A DNA stretch of 64,000 nucleotides from Gemmatimonadota bacterium (GTDB lineage: Bacteria; JBHIER01; G020348925). The stretch's first letter is position 1. Each line of letters begins with the position of its first letter. This document shows positions 20,667 to 32,629 of the stretch, piece by piece. The DNA lies in assembly GCA_020348925.1 (NCBI GenBank), contig CP070758.1, positions 2,619,688-2,683,687 of the forward strand. Reading direction: 5' to 3'. The notes below the pieces were generated by a model. That model saw only the letters and a list, made by a program, of their open reading frames with translations. It was not told where the DNA came from and made no database searches. The translations under genes were made by a program, and so were the position numbers.

Positions 20667-22872
20667 ATGATGAAACAGGCTTTACTCGGAGCAGCATTGA
20701 TGATTCTGGTATGCATATTACCGCTGGTCACACAAGCTCAGGATGTCCTCTTGAACCTACCCCTAACGGATACGGTCAGGGTTGCCGACTACGATGACGG
20801 CATTTTTGTTGCCGGGACAGAAGATGGCAAACTCTACGTGTTGGATGAGGCGGGCAACTATGCGGTAACTGATCTGGGTGCCGGCCGTGTCAACGACATT
20901 CGTATCGAGAGACCTTACATCGCCGTGGCTGCGGGCAGCACCGTGGTCGAGCTCCGGCTGGGCAGCCTGACACCGCAGGAGCTATGGAGAAAAACTTTTA
21001 ATATTTGGAATGATTATGCGGAAGAAATTTCCTCATTGGATCTGAGTGAAGACGGCAATTATGTCGCTTATTTCGCCTGTGCCTCAAATACGTATAATTC
21101 AGGTGAATTGGGTGAAGTGGGGGTTCTTGCGGGAGGTGTGGGTGGAGGTACAATTATCGACAACGAGTTCACGGATGGTTCAGCAGCCATAAACTACTGG
21201 CTCGATGCCACAGGGGATATGTCACGCATTGCCACGTCGCAACCCTTCACAGATGGCGTGGATTACTTTGGATACGAGGCGGGAACTGCCCTCTATCATT
21301 TCGACGGTTCGAATCTTGAATTTCAGTGGTGGACACTTCAGGAGGTGCACTACGAAGTGACGGAGGTGAGGGTCTCCGAGAACAAGGATTACGTGGCTGC
21401 AGCCACCTCCAGCGGGACCTTTATGTGGTTACTTCGAATGAGCAACGGCGACAGTTTAGCGTCGTATGAGAGCCAGTGCAAAGAGCAGTTCGCCTGCGAC
21501 GGAGACGACAATCTGAACTATGTGATAGGATCGAATAAGAGCTGTGAATGTGGTTTTGGTTGTTCTCCTTGTCCCTGTCCCCCGTACGACTGGTTCATTC
21601 TGAACAATGATGGTGGTGCGGGATATTCGGTGGCCTTAAGCGGGACGATGACCGATCCCATCGACGATCTCGATGCCACGTCTGACGGCTCCTACTTTGC
21701 CTTTGGAAGCAAGGGCGGTGATTATGTCGTTCTGGGGAGACACAGCAGCATAACCCAGGAGTTGAGCGGCAATGTGGGGGCGGAGATTGATGCGGTCGAA
21801 TTGGGCCACTGCGGGACGCTGCTCCTCGGAGGAGATCAGTTTCTGAAGCTGCTCCGGTTTGCCGCCGGGCACAATGTGGTCTACGTCAACATCGACTGGG
21901 CCGGGGAGCCTTGCGGCGCGGATCTCGGGACCGGAATACACGGCGAGCCCATTGTCCGGTGCTGCAACGGCTTCGATAATATCCCGGACGCCCACGCCGC
22001 TGTGGCGGTGGGGGGGACCATCATCACCTATGACGGGACCTACTATCCGCCGGGCCTGGTGGTAACAAAGGACGGGATTACGATTCAGGCCGGATCGAGG
22101 CCCGTCATCGACGGTGGCGGGGATGTGGGCTTCCACATTCGGGCCGACAATGTGACTGTTATCGGCTATGAGTTTACGAACTGCCTGTGGGCCCTGGTCA
22201 TCGGTCCCGACCCCCTTGGCGGTCCAATTACCGGATTCGCCGCACACTACTGCTATTTCAACGACAATATAAATGACTGGGCCATGGAAGTGGAGTGGCA
22301 TCCGGGGCTCATTGATGCGGAGTTGAATTACTGGGACTCCTGCACCGGCCCCACGCACCCGGACAATCCGGGGGGACGGGGCGAGATCATTCAGGTCAAT
22401 GATTTTTCTGCTTCCGTCGATTACGTTCCCTGGCTGCACCCCTGCGCGGCGACCTGGGGTGACACGTGTCTGGACCACAATTTGGTGGGGGACGCGGAGG
22501 ACTTTCTGATGGGGAGTGGTGTACCGGACCAGGATCTGTACGCCGTGGGGTTCTACAACCCCGGCGGGGAGGCCCGTTTGACATCTGTCTCCTTCCAGTG
22601 GTACGATCCCGGTGAGGTCGATCTCTACGTCTATTTGGGCCCTGAGGGCACCTGTCCGGTCTGCCTGTCGGAGGACGGGGGACCCATGCTGGCCGATTTC
22701 GCGCTGGATACCATAGCCTCCGGAAGCTTCATCGGCAACTGGGAGTGGGAGACGGTGGGGCTGGAGGATGGGCCGTGCATTCAGATACCGGCCAAGAGCT
22801 GTTTCTATGTCGTCTGGAAGATGAGGGAGGGGATGGACAGGCCGAGGATCCTGGCCGATGCCGGTCACGACC
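20667..22872 (+). CDS. Secreted Cys-rich multidomain protein: WD40-like propeller, pectin-lyase-like beta-helix, beta-sandwich; truncated by gap
   Basis: AGGAGGAG RBS and signal peptide; blade repeats (LDLSEDGNYVA, VRVSENKDYVA, LDATSDGSYFA); GTIITYDGTY..VIDG..NYW..GP..VDYVPWL. Confidence 0.7.
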
Positions 22873-22972
22873 NNNNNNNNNNNNNNNNNNNNNNNNNNNN
22901 NNNNNNNNNNNNNNNNNNNNNNNNNNNNNNNNNNNNNNNNNNNNNNNNNNNNNNNNNNNNNNNNNNNNNNNN

Positions 22973-24126
22973 ATATTGCTCATGATGGTTTGCCGCATGT
23001 TCTGAGTGTTGATGGCTTCGAAGCCGAAGCCGAAGTAAACGACTTTGTAGGTTCCCGTTTCCGCCCGGACGGCCCCGCAGCGTGTTTCGTCATACTTGAA
23101 GACCTCTCTCGCCGGCCCGAGGGGAGAGACAACGCTGGGAGAGGTCTGGTTGTCCGCTCCGTCTTCTCCGGCGATCTCAATGTCCAATCCGTGGGAGAGA
23201 GCATCCCCGGTCAGACCGGAGAGGGAAAAATCGTCAGAGGAATTCACCTCGTACGCTGCGCGGAGGTAATTTCGATAAAAGTCGCACGCCGCCTCGCCGA
23301 AATCAGGACTGGCGGGATCGCACAGCGACCAGCCGATGTCCTGGCCGCTGATAAAGAGGTTTCCGCCTCCGTCCAGATAAGTCGAGAGGGCGCTTATGTC
23401 GGATGGGCTTAAAGCCGGCGAGGCTTCGCCGGTCGCCCAGATTACGGTCTCAAAGAAGTTGAGATCCACAGAGGCCACCTCTTTGCAGCAGCGGATCCAT
23501 GTTCCGAAGGTTACGTCTCCGGTGAGAGCCTCTTCATAGAATTGTTCGTAATTTTCCTCCCCATCGTCATCGACTATGAGAACGTCCGTACCGGCAGTGA
23601 TGCCCACGAGTGTCACGGATTTTGTGAGGCTCGGGTTCGCATTTGACTGGACGGTCAGCGTGACCGAGCCTCCCCCGTCTCTATCCTGGGGGTAGATATA
23701 GGCCGAGAATGAATCTTTCTCCGCGGCATGGAGAGTGAGCTGGAAGGTGTCGACATCAGGCCTCAGACAGAAACCGTCCTCGCCTCCGATACACATGGCC
23801 GAATACCATCCGGATGGGAGGTTTTCAATTCTGAGAAGGTCGTACGTATCCGTTTCATCACCGAGGTTTACTATCTCTGCGTGCAACTTGATTTCACCGG
23901 TTCCCAAGGCCTGTATTTTAATCGGGTCCAGGGATAGGAAATCGAAATCCACGGATGCTGTCCTGTTGAAGGCATCATCCTTATTATCCGAATTATCCGG
24001 GCGTCCCCACGTTCCTGCAGTTATTGTGGCAAGGGCCAATGTTATCAACAAGGTATATCTCATTGCGTTTTGTAAACGTTGCATTGAGGCGTCTCCTCTC
24101 TTTCTGTGGTTGCGTTTTTTTCTCAT
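22973..24126 (-). CDS. Secreted protein with Ig-like domain and VLIVDDDG alpha/beta module; truncated by gap
   Basis: Signal-like hydrophobic stretch; VLIVDDDG..VIWATG..YLDGGGNLFISGQDIGW..VVYFGFGFEAI; ATGA overlap with upstream gene. Confidence 0.7.
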
Positions 24127-25331
24127 CGAATAGGATCGGAAGCGGCTTGAAGAATCTCTCGCGTATCGTTATCCTGGACAAAGACAACGATGTGTAAATG
24201 GTCGGGATTCCAGCTAAAGTCAATCGTATAGTCCCGAGTCAACTGTACGTTCGTTTCCGGTAAAAGGGTGATCGGCTCGCCTGTCGGGTCGGGAAGCATG
24301 TCCCTCATGACCTGGTGAAAAATGCTTTTTCCGTTGGGCGCCTCAAATTCTATCCCGGATTCGGTGATGACGAAGTGTGCCCGGAGCGCCCTGCCGGAGA
24401 GATCCGCACATGATACGATGGAGGCCGTCGCATTTCCCTGAAGGCCGTTGGTGGTATTTGAGATAGTAATGTCTATTTCGGTTTCCCTCTTCATCCTGTC
24501 CTCAAGGATGGTCTCCCAGACGTTGTGATCGCGACCGGCGTCGATGGAGCCGTCAAGAAAGAGGTGGGGAGCGAAGAGATTGTCGTAATAGTCATTCCGG
24601 GCGGCGTTCTCCACAGTGTTATCCAGATAGAACGGGTCATCACCCGGGGGCGGCCACCAGACGTGGTACCGGATGACAATGAAGGATCCAGAGTAACGTT
24701 CGCTGAGTGAGTCCAAAACAAGACTCGACGGAAAACACGGCTCGCACGTCGTGCTGGTGAAATCCTCGCCCAGAACGACGTGTTGTGCGTTTAAAAGGGA
24801 GAAGATCGCTTGAACCGTTTCATTTTCCAGCACCTGAACGGACAGAGACTCCGGACAACTTTTGTGCCCCTGAAGCTCAATGTGTACTGAATAGATACCC
24901 ACTAGCACATTCGAAAGTGTATCAGGGGTCGTTCTTCCGGTACTGGTACCGTCCAGGAAGATGGCCGCTCCCATCGGACTTGAAACGACGGCGATGGCGC
25001 CTTCCTTGGCCGTGACAAAAAGAAGGAATTCGACCGGGATTATATTATTTTCAAGAACTTCGACCGCATGTGAACCTGGGGAGCTTTCGTATCCTGACAG
25101 GACAACAGATACCGTATATGTACCAACAGGTATATGAAAGAGGGTATCAGGCGTGGTCCGTCCGGTGTCCAGGCCGTCAAGAAAAATGCGGGCGCCGATG
25201 GGGTCTGTCATGACGGCAATTGCACCCTCGCTCGTCATCTCCAGTGGAGGATCTTTCTGCCCGCAGGAGAAAAAAAGCAGAATGAAGCCTAAGAAGTAAA
25301 GAACCGAAAGCTTTTCTGAAAAGGATGTCAT
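24123..25331 (-). CDS. Lipoprotein with two PEGA domains and an Omp28-like thioredoxin-fold domain
   Basis: Lipobox FFSC; two GAIAV...P.GA.IFLDG..TGRTTPDTL repeats; EDFTSTTCEPC, IRYH, VMRDMLP, VVFVQD..ILQA. Confidence 0.85.
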   Translation of the reverse strand: MTSFSEKLSVLYFLGFILLFFSCGQKDPPLEMTSEGAIAVMTDPIGARIFLDGLDTGRTTPDTLFHIPVGTYTVSVVLSGYESSPGSHAVEVLENNIIPVEFLLFVTAKEGAIAVVSSPMGAAIFLDGTSTGRTTPDTLSNVLVGIYSVHIELQGHKSCPESLSVQVLENETVQAIFSLLNAQHVVLGEDFTSTTCEPCFPSSLVLDSLSERYSGSFIVIRYHVWWPPPGDDPFYLDNTVENAARNDYYDNLFAPHLFLDGSIDAGRDHNVWETILEDRMKRETEIDITISNTTNGLQGNATASIVSCADLSGRALRAHFVITESGIEFEAPNGKSIFHQVMRDMLPDPTGEPITLLPETNVQLTRDYTIDFSWNPDHLHIVVFVQDNDTREILQAASDPIR

Positions 25332-25618
25332 TCATCCCACCCTTTCAAGGACATAAACCTGAAATGTCGCGGAAAATACTGAGGTTTGAGAGCAAATCTT
25401 TGATCCCGTCCGTGTTCGATTCGTCGCGTTCTCTTTGCTTATTGGTGCGATTTGTCCCTAACTATCTGAAGTGAATGGTACATATGCCCCTTCTCCCAAT
25501 CAGCATCTGCTTTGAAATCTATAATAACCTCCCGGGTTTGTCAAGTATTTAAAAATTGTGGGAGGGGTCTGTATGATTCCATGTTCTGAGGTGAGCCCAG
25601 CTCAGCTCCTCCGTGTCT

Positions 25619-28600
25619 CTATTCTTTTTTTCTCTGATGGAATTGTGTCACTTGGTGCATGAAGGCTTCAAGCCGCGTTAAGGATTGGGTTTCCTCTTGG
25701 CCGTCGTACGCCAGATTTAACCAGGGGACGTTGTCGTAGTCCTCCCGAAACCTTTTGGAAATGGCTATGACCACCATACCCGGCATGCACGTAAAGGGCA
25801 TGACGTTGACGATGCCCGAGAGCCCCTTTTTGACGTAATCGGCAGCTTTCCCGATACTCAGGATCGCCTCCCCCCCGAAGGTGTGATGCATATATCGAGC
25901 ACTGTTGCCCAGGACCTCGGAGGTCGGGGGTTCATGAATGTTGAGAAGCATATCCTTGAAAGGTTTCGAGATGGTGTGCTCGTCGTACCGCTGGACCCGA
26001 TCCTTGATCCAGCCCTTGACAAAATCTGTGTAGACTCCGTAGGCCAGACTGTCTTCCTTGAAACGGTGATTGGTGTACAGAACCCACTCGGAGATCGGGG
26101 CCACCCAGGCTTCACCGCCCAGGCTTTCGATCTTGGTCACGACGTCGTTATTGCTGAAACGGTTGGACCGAATGAAGATCTCCCCGACAACGCCCACGAT
26201 CGGTTTGCGCGTCTTCTTGTCGACGGGGATTTTTTGAAAGCGCTCCTTGATCTGCCCAAGAACCCCCGCAAGATTTCCGTTGGTGCCGGCGAGCTCGTCC
26301 TCGATGAGCTTGAGGCACTTTTTGTACACCTTCTCGGTCTCACCCCTATTTATTTCGTAGGGACGCGTCTCCCACAGAAGTTTCTGGAGAAGGTCGACGG
26401 CCACAATTCCCCTCCAGGCCCGGCGCTGAAAACCGTTTCCCAAATCGCCGAATTCGCTGTAGGAATTCCTAGAGCTCGGGGAAATGATGGGTATATCCGG
26501 ATATCCCAGCTCACCAAGAATGATGCGATCCATTCGGTTGTATTGGCCGAAGCGGCAGGGCCCACTGGCCGAGGGCATGAGAAAAGCCGTTCGGTTCGGA
26601 TCGAAGCTCGGTTCCTGGACCTTTTTCACAATATCACCAGTGGTTACGATAAAAGGGAAGCATTCCTTCCCTGAGGCGTGTTCTCTTCCCAGCCGTACGG
26701 TCTCGTCATCCGATTCCGGAAGCACTTCCGAATCCAGACCGTAGTGGCGGAGGGCAGCACTGATGGCGTATGCATGGTCGGACATGTGAGGAACGAAAAT
26801 GGTTCTGCTGGCCAGTCCTTTGGCCGAGGGCGTGGCTTCGTGCCATTCCCTGCTGGAGATCTCCCGCTGATCCTCGTTCTCAAGACTGTCGAAAAAGGCC
26901 TCGCATCGTGTGATGGTTCCCGCATCGGCGCTGTGCTCGTCGATCTCCAACTGCAGATAGGGCTTTCCAGTCATAATTGCTCGGACGTAGTGCTCGATAA
27001 AGGAGTCCGGCCCGCACTTGAAGTTGGAGATGTATATGACATGCAGTCTCGGGTCACTTCTCACGATCTCGGCAGCGCTGAGTATTCTCTGCCCGTACTT
27101 CCAATACATGTTCGGAAACTCGGTGGAAATATCCTGGTCTTCCAGAGAAAGGAAATCCATGGGAATGGCCAGCACCCCCATATCCTTCAATTTCTTCGGA
27201 AGGTCGAGATTGATCCCGGGATCGCAACCGTTGTAGGGCCGACTTATAATGACGACGGCGCGTTGATCCGGCGACAGACCCTTCATGACCTCGCGGCCGC
27301 GGCGTCGAAGATTCTCATAAAAGGTGCTTTGGGCGTCCTTGGCGATTCGAAGGGCACTTTTCACATCAGCGGCTGTTCTCCCCAAGCTCTTACCCAAACG
27401 AACCAGGGTCTGCTCAATGTGTTTTTCCCCTCGCTGAAACAGAATCGGCGGTGTCAAAAGTTGCGGGCCAGCCCCATCAAAGCGTATGGCCGAATGTATC
27501 GTGTACGGCAGGGCCTGGACGAGAGGGCAGACGTAATTCTGCGATATATTCGGGTTTGAGCGGGCCATATTTATGATGCTCGGCAGGAAGATGTAATCGA
27601 CACCCTTTTCGAAAAGATCCATAATGTGGCCGTAAACGATCTTTACGGGAAAACAAGTGTCCGCCACATCGTTTTCAACCGAGCTGTGGATGAGCTGGCG
27701 GTTGGTGGTCTCCGACAGGACGACCTCGAAGCCCAGTTCCGAGAAGAAGGCCTTCCACAGAGGATAGAGTTCATAAAAATGGAGCACCCGCGGCATGCCG
27801 ACCCGCTGCCGCTGAGGACCGGAAGATGTTGATGTGGGGAGGGATTGTCCCTCATAAGATGTCAGGAGAAGATGCTCCCTCTCTCCAAAGAGATCGGGCA
27901 GATCCGCGCCCCTCCCTTTGGCCTCATCCACCTCGTAACGCTCGCAGCGGGGTCCGTAGAAGAGGGGCCTCTCGTTTTCGAAGACGACTTTTCTGACGTC
28001 ACACCTGTTCTCACATTTTTTACATTCAAAGGAGGTGGTGGTGTACTTTCTGTGACTCAGATCGAATCCCTTGAAGCGGCTCGGTCCCTCGATCTTGGCC
28101 TTCATGGCCAGGATGGCCACTCCGATAGCACCGGTAACATCGTGGTGCGGTGGCACGGTGATGCGTTTCCCCAGCACCTTTTCGAAGGCGGCCACCACGG
28201 CACTATTCCAGGCCACTGCACCCTGGAAGAAAATTTTGTTCCCGATACGCTTCTCCCCGACCACTTTATTCAGGTAATTGTAGACGATGGAGTATCCCAA
28301 ACCCGCAACCAGGTCCTCCTTTTCGGCCCCCTTCTGTTGATACGAGACGAGATCCGATTCCATAAAGACGGTGCATCTGTCGCCGAAACGACCCGGGGTT
28401 TTGGCCTGTAAAGCCAGGTCACCGAATTCGCCGACGATGTTGATGTCCAGCCGCTCCGCCTGTTCCTCGAGAAAGGAGCCGGTGCCGGCGGCACAGACTT
28501 TATTCATTTCGAAGTCGACGACGATACCGTTGTCGATGCTGATGTACTTCGAATCCTGACCTCCTATTTCGAAAATGGTGTCCACGTCCGGATCAAAGTG

Positions 28601-29854
28601 TATGGCGGCCGTGGCCTGGGCTGTGATCTCATTTCTGACCACATCCGCCCCGACGTAGTCTCCCGAGAGGTAGCGCCCCGAACCGGTCGTGCCCACTCCG
28701 CAAACAGTGACTCGATCTCCCAGTTCCCGTCCCACTTCCTCCAGGCCTCGACAGACTGCCAGGAGAGGACGACCCGCCGTTCGCAGATATCGACGGGCCA
28801 GGACATTTTTCTCCTTGTCCAGAACGACCACGTTGGTGCTCAGGGAACCGATGTCTATGCCGACATAGGCCTCAGTTTTTTTCGCGCCGCCCTTCAGAGG
28901 GTGCAGCTTCGTCTGAACCTGCTCGTTGGCCAGTTCGTAGTCAAGGCTGAGCTTTTCGAGCCCTTCCGGTGGTGTCTGTTTCACCTTCAGGTGCGATCTT
29001 AAGGCGTCGAGGCCGGGCCACGGGGCCTGGATCGCAGTCTTACGCTCTCGCGCCACAAGGACCGCCCCGATAGCTCCCATGGAGGCAAAATGCTCGGGAA
29101 TGATGAGCTCCCCGTCTTTGAGGTCGAGAACATCCCTGAAAGCCTTGACCACTCCGAGGTTCGCTGCCACCCCACCCTGAAAAGCAACCGGCTTTTTGAA
29201 GCTCTTGCCGCGACCGACGTTACTTTTGAAACTTCTGGCCACAGCGTAGCAGAGTCCCGCCACAATATCGTAATCCGGCGTACCGATCTGCTGCAGGTGG
29301 ATCATGTCCGACTTGGCGAAGACACTGCAGCGGCCGGCTATTCGAGGTGGTCTCTCCGATTTGAGCGCCAATTGACCGAACTCCTCCTCAATGGACAATC
29401 CCATGCGGCTGGCCTGCTGGTCGAGGAAAGAACCGGTTCCCGCAGCACAGATGGCGTTCATGGCAAAATCCGTGAGTCGTGCTCCCCCATCTCCCGGCTC
29501 CTCTTCGAGAAGGAGCAGCTTCGAATCCTGCCCTCCCATCTCTATCACTGTCCGCACCTGGGGATAATAGACTCCGACAGATCTCGCTTGAGCAACAATC
29601 TCGTTTACGAACTCAGCCCTGAGAAGATTTGCAAGTAACTCTCCACCCGATCCTGTAACGGCGACTAGTGAAACCTGATGAGGGGAGAACCTGGTGAGGA
29701 TATCCTCCATAACTCTCAGAACAGTCGGTAACGGTTGTCCTTTCGTTCTGTTGTAATGATCCTCGAGGATAGAATTCTTTTCATCGAAGATGACGATCTT
29801 TGCACTGACCGAACCGACATCAATACCTATAAAAATCTTTTTCTCCATAAACAT
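25619..29854 (-). CDS. Fused acyl-CoA dehydratase activase (two HgdC/BadF-type ATPase domains plus DUF2229-like region)
   Basis: Two GIDxGS..GGQDSK..MN..CAAGTGSFL repeats; CFPVK, CGPD, EIDEH, PFTCMPG, TRLEAF. Confidence 0.92.
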   Translation of the reverse strand: MFMEKKIFIGIDVGSVSAKIVIFDEKNSILEDHYNRTKGQPLPTVLRVMEDILTRFSPHQVSLVAVTGSGGELLANLLRAEFVNEIVAQARSVGVYYPQVRTVIEMGGQDSKLLLLEEEPGDGGARLTDFAMNAICAAGTGSFLDQQASRMGLSIEEEFGQLALKSERPPRIAGRCSVFAKSDMIHLQQIGTPDYDIVAGLCYAVARSFKSNVGRGKSFKKPVAFQGGVAANLGVVKAFRDVLDLKDGELIIPEHFASMGAIGAVLVARERKTAIQAPWPGLDALRSHLKVKQTPPEGLEKLSLDYELANEQVQTKLHPLKGGAKKTEAYVGIDIGSLSTNVVVLDKEKNVLARRYLRTAGRPLLAVCRGLEEVGRELGDRVTVCGVGTTGSGRYLSGDYVGADVVRNEITAQATAAIHFDPDVDTIFEIGGQDSKYISIDNGIVVDFEMNKVCAAGTGSFLEEQAERLDINIVGEFGDLALQAKTPGRFGDRCTVFMESDLVSYQQKGAEKEDLVAGLGYSIVYNYLNKVVGEKRIGNKIFFQGAVAWNSAVVAAFEKVLGKRITVPPHHDVTGAIGVAILAMKAKIEGPSRFKGFDLSHRKYTTTSFECKKCENRCDVRKVVFENERPLFYGPRCERYEVDEAKGRGADLPDLFGEREHLLLTSYEGQSLPTSTSSGPQRQRVGMPRVLHFYELYPLWKAFFSELGFEVVLSETTNRQLIHSSVENDVADTCFPVKIVYGHIMDLFEKGVDYIFLPSIINMARSNPNISQNYVCPLVQALPYTIHSAIRFDGAGPQLLTPPILFQRGEKHIEQTLVRLGKSLGRTAADVKSALRIAKDAQSTFYENLRRRGREVMKGLSPDQRAVVIISRPYNGCDPGINLDLPKKLKDMGVLAIPMDFLSLEDQDISTEFPNMYWKYGQRILSAAEIVRSDPRLHVIYISNFKCGPDSFIEHYVRAIMTGKPYLQLEIDEHSADAGTITRCEAFFDSLENEDQREISSREWHEATPSAKGLASRTIFVPHMSDHAYAISAALRHYGLDSEVLPESDDETVRLGREHASGKECFPFIVTTGDIVKKVQEPSFDPNRTAFLMPSASGPCRFGQYNRMDRIILGELGYPDIPIISPSSRNSYSEFGDLGNGFQRRAWRGIVAVDLLQKLLWETRPYEINRGETEKVYKKCLKLIEDELAGTNGNLAGVLGQIKERFQKIPVDKKTRKPIVGVVGEIFIRSNRFSNNDVVTKIESLGGEAWVAPISEWVLYTNHRFKEDSLAYGVYTDFVKGWIKDRVQRYDEHTISKPFKDMLLNIHEPPTSEVLGNSARYMHHTFGGEAILSIGKAADYVKKGLSGIVNVMPFTCMPGMVVIAISKRFREDYDNVPWLNLAYDGQEETQSLTRLEAFMHQVTQFHQRKKE

Positions 29855-30084
29855 TTTCTACTCAAAAGTAATTTTTCGGCAGGCATGAAGGTGGGCACTG
29901 CACACTTCTCGAAAAAAGAGCATGTCCCCCATCCTCAGTGACAAGACCGGGGCACATCACCTGTCCGACTCTTCTCTGTCCGTGACCGATACATATGCGT
30001 ATATTACTTTTCCATATCCGTTTCCGTTGACGATAAACACTACATATTACTTTGCTCAATCCGTTAACGGCTAATATATTCATG

Positions 30085-30279
30085 CTACTCTGCCAAAGGG
30101 ACTATGCACTCCACCGGGCATACACCCACACATTGTGGTCCGTCATCCATCCCTTCACACTCAGTACAGAGGGCAGTATCAATAATATATGTATCCTCAC
30201 CTTCACTGATTGCGTTATTCGGGCACTCCGATTCGCACACACCGCAAGAAATGCATTCTTCTGTAATGGACATAGCCAT
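30085..30279 (-). CDS. 2[4Fe-4S] ferredoxin (YfhL-like)
   Basis: [12 protein letters not shown] and [16 protein letters not shown]. Confidence 0.93.
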   Translation of the reverse strand: MAMSITEECISCGVCESECPNNAISEGEDTYIIDTALCTECEGMDDGPQCVGVCPVECIVPLAE

Positions 30280-30429
30280 TGTTCTGTCCTCCTCTCGTTG
30301 CTCGTTTCAATGGTGGTCCGTCACTGACACCCATACTCCGAAAAGAAAGTTCGGAAAAAATAGTTTTACTCATGTATAAAGTCAAGGGTAAAAGGGTCAG
30401 ATCCCTTTCGCTGGTGTTTCAAAATCCGA

Positions 30430-31131
30430 TCACTTTTCAATAGTCATCTCGATCGAGCCGGTGCGGAAACCTCGGAGTGATGAAAGCAGACCGATGATCG
30501 TATTCGAAATCATCCGTGCGATGAAAGGATTCAATGGCAGGATCTCGCCGTCAATTCTTAGATCGACCTCCCCTTGGAGAGAGGCACAATCTTCTACGGT
30601 TTTCTCTCCCATTACGATGGCTTTGGCCAGTTCGTAACACGTGTCGAAGCCACAAGCCCCGCAATCCAACCTTGGCAGCTTGAAGGATTTTTCAAGAACG
30701 AGATCAGCCAGCTCGTGGATGTCACTCACAAGAGGAACGGAGAGATCCTCGCCTGATCCGACGACACATATTTGAAGCCCATCAAAGAGATTTTTCGCCT
30801 CGGTCTCATCGCGCAGGCACACAATCTTGGGATATGTCTTTTCATCCTTGAAGCCCTCTATAACGGCGATGTCTGTCCTGAAGAATTTCAGGACTTCCTC
30901 TAATGGCATGACCTCCTGAAAAGAGATCACTGTTTCAGAATCGGACAGGGCAGCTCCCTGACCGGAACACTCGATCATCTTCGTGCTGTCCACATCAGCC
31001 GGGGTGAGGTTCGAATCGGAGTGCTTGATCACGGCCACGGTGAATCCTCTGCTCCGAAGTTCCTGGCACAAATTGACTGCCAATGAGGTTTTGCCACTTT
31101 TTTTAAAACCGACAATTCCTATGACCTTCAT
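30430..31131 (-). CDS. mobB: Molybdopterin-guanine dinucleotide biosynthesis protein B with C-terminal FeS domain
   Basis: GFKKSGKT P-loop, VAVIKH, IEGFK, LPRLDCGACGFDTC..C. Confidence 0.88.
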   Translation of the reverse strand: MKVIGIVGFKKSGKTSLAVNLCQELRSRGFTVAVIKHSDSNLTPADVDSTKMIECSGQGAALSDSETVISFQEVMPLEEVLKFFRTDIAVIEGFKDEKTYPKIVCLRDETEAKNLFDGLQICVVGSGEDLSVPLVSDIHELADLVLEKSFKLPRLDCGACGFDTCYELAKAIVMGEKTVEDCASLQGEVDLRIDGEILPLNPFIARMISNTIIGLLSSLRGFRTGSIEMTIEK

Positions 31132-31224
31132 TCTGCTTCTCCTTATCTAAGGTGAAAAAGCGCGAGGCGTTCTTTGGGTCCTCGATCCAAGGGGAAATGC
31201 TTTCTGTTCCATATGGGAGGAATA

Positions 31225-31512
31225 TTATCCGCCCCCGATGAGGAGCATGAAGGTGACGATGTCACCATCGTTCAGAGGCGCGTCATGTTTGTCCGCAGTT
31301 ATCCAGACCTTTCTGTTGAGGGCAATCTGAATCATGGTGTCGAACTCGCCCTGTCTGGTTGTGAGAGCCTCTTTCGCCTTCTGACCGTATTTTTGAATCA
31401 AAGCCTCTATGAGTTCTTTTACGGTCGTACCGGTAAAATCGAATTCCAATTCTTCTTTACCGATGACCTTGTTCAGCATGGGCAAAAGGCGTATTTCAAG
31501 ATGAACCTTCAT
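31225..31512 (-). CDS. MoaD/ThiS family sulfur carrier
   Basis: Ubiquitin-like size; TVKELI..LNDGDIV..IGGG C-terminus; ATG 31512 with GAGAGGA RBS. Confidence 0.88.
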   Translation of the reverse strand: MKVHLEIRLLPMLNKVIGKEELEFDFTGTTVKELIEALIQKYGQKAKEALTTRQGEFDTMIQIALNRKVWITADKHDAPLNDGDIVTFMLLIGGG

Positions 31513-31525
31513 AGTCGTATTCCTC

Positions 31526-32605
31526 TCAATTGCCGATGTACTTGGAGTATAACGCTCTGGCCACATTCGGATCTTCGGTGCCTTTCACAATGACCCGTCC
31601 GTCAGGGAAAATGACCAGATGATAGGTATCGACATGAAACATAATCATGTCCGGGGAGACCTCTGTGCGGCCGGCCGGTTCGAGCTTTTTTGCCAACGTC
31701 TCAAGATGTATCCCTTTCGGTTCATAGTAGGTGATCATCACCGTATTTCGCCCACAGAGTGCGGTTACGGAAGCACCCTCTCGAGCCTTGAGGGCCGGAT
31801 ACTCCTCTTTTTGGCAGGACGCGCAATCCTCTTGCCGCTGCAATTTCGTCCCGACACACGTCCCCTCCCATACGTCACAATAGATGAGCTCGCCGGATGG
31901 TGTTTGCCTTCCAGTCAACAGTTTGAAGCATTCGGAAACCTGAAGAGAGCCCACTGTTTGAACGATGGAAAGAAGAACCCCGGAGGTGTCGCAGGTGTGG
32001 AGGTGTTCAGGAGGAGGGATTTGGGGAAAGATGCATCTCAAGCACGGAGTGACACCTGGGACGATGGTCGTGCACATCCCGCGACTTCCCGCCACTGCAC
32101 CGTAAATCCAGGGGATATTCCCCTTCACGCAGGCATCGTTCATGAGGTACCGCGTCTCAAAGTTATCCGTGCCGTCCATTACGACGTGGCTCCCCGCAAC
32201 GATCTCCTCAATGTTGCCGTAATGCACATCCGTTACGACGGCCTCGAGGGACGCACTCGAATTCATCCTCAGCAATTTTCGTCGAGCAGCCGTAGCCTTG
32301 GGAAGATGCTTCCGGGCATCCTCCTCATCATAGAGAATCTGATGAAGGAGGTTCTCCTCCTCGACGAAATCGCGATCGACGATTTTTATTTTTCCGACAC
32401 CGGCCCGAACGAGAGAGGTCGCAATGACAGAGCCCAATCCCCCGCACCCAATGAGGGTTACTCTGCTCATTGACAGTCGTTCCTGACCTTCAGGGCCGAT
32501 CCCCGAAAAGAGCATCTGTCGTGAATATCTTTTTAAATGTCGAAGGTTTTTCTCTTTCATCATGAAAGGATACCTCGCGTAACGTGAGTTTTTCATACCG
32601 GACAA
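31526..32605 (-). CDS. ThiF/MoeB family adenylyltransferase
   Basis: RYSRQ, GCGGLG, VDRD, DGTDNFETR, CLRC, TCDTSG. Confidence 0.93.
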   Translation of the reverse strand: MSGMKNSRYARYPFMMKEKNLRHLKRYSRQMLFSGIGPEGQERLSMSRVTLIGCGGLGSVIATSLVRAGVGKIKIVDRDFVEEENLLHQILYDEEDARKHLPKATAARRKLLRMNSSASLEAVVTDVHYGNIEEIVAGSHVVMDGTDNFETRYLMNDACVKGNIPWIYGAVAGSRGMCTTIVPGVTPCLRCIFPQIPPPEHLHTCDTSGVLLSIVQTVGSLQVSECFKLLTGRQTPSGELIYCDVWEGTCVGTKLQRQEDCASCQKEEYPALKAREGASVTALCGRNTVMITYYEPKGIHLETLAKKLEPAGRTEVSPDMIMFHVDTYHLVIFPDGRVIVKGTEDPNVARALYSKYIGN

Positions 32606-32629
32606 TCAAACATATACTCTGTGCGTCTT

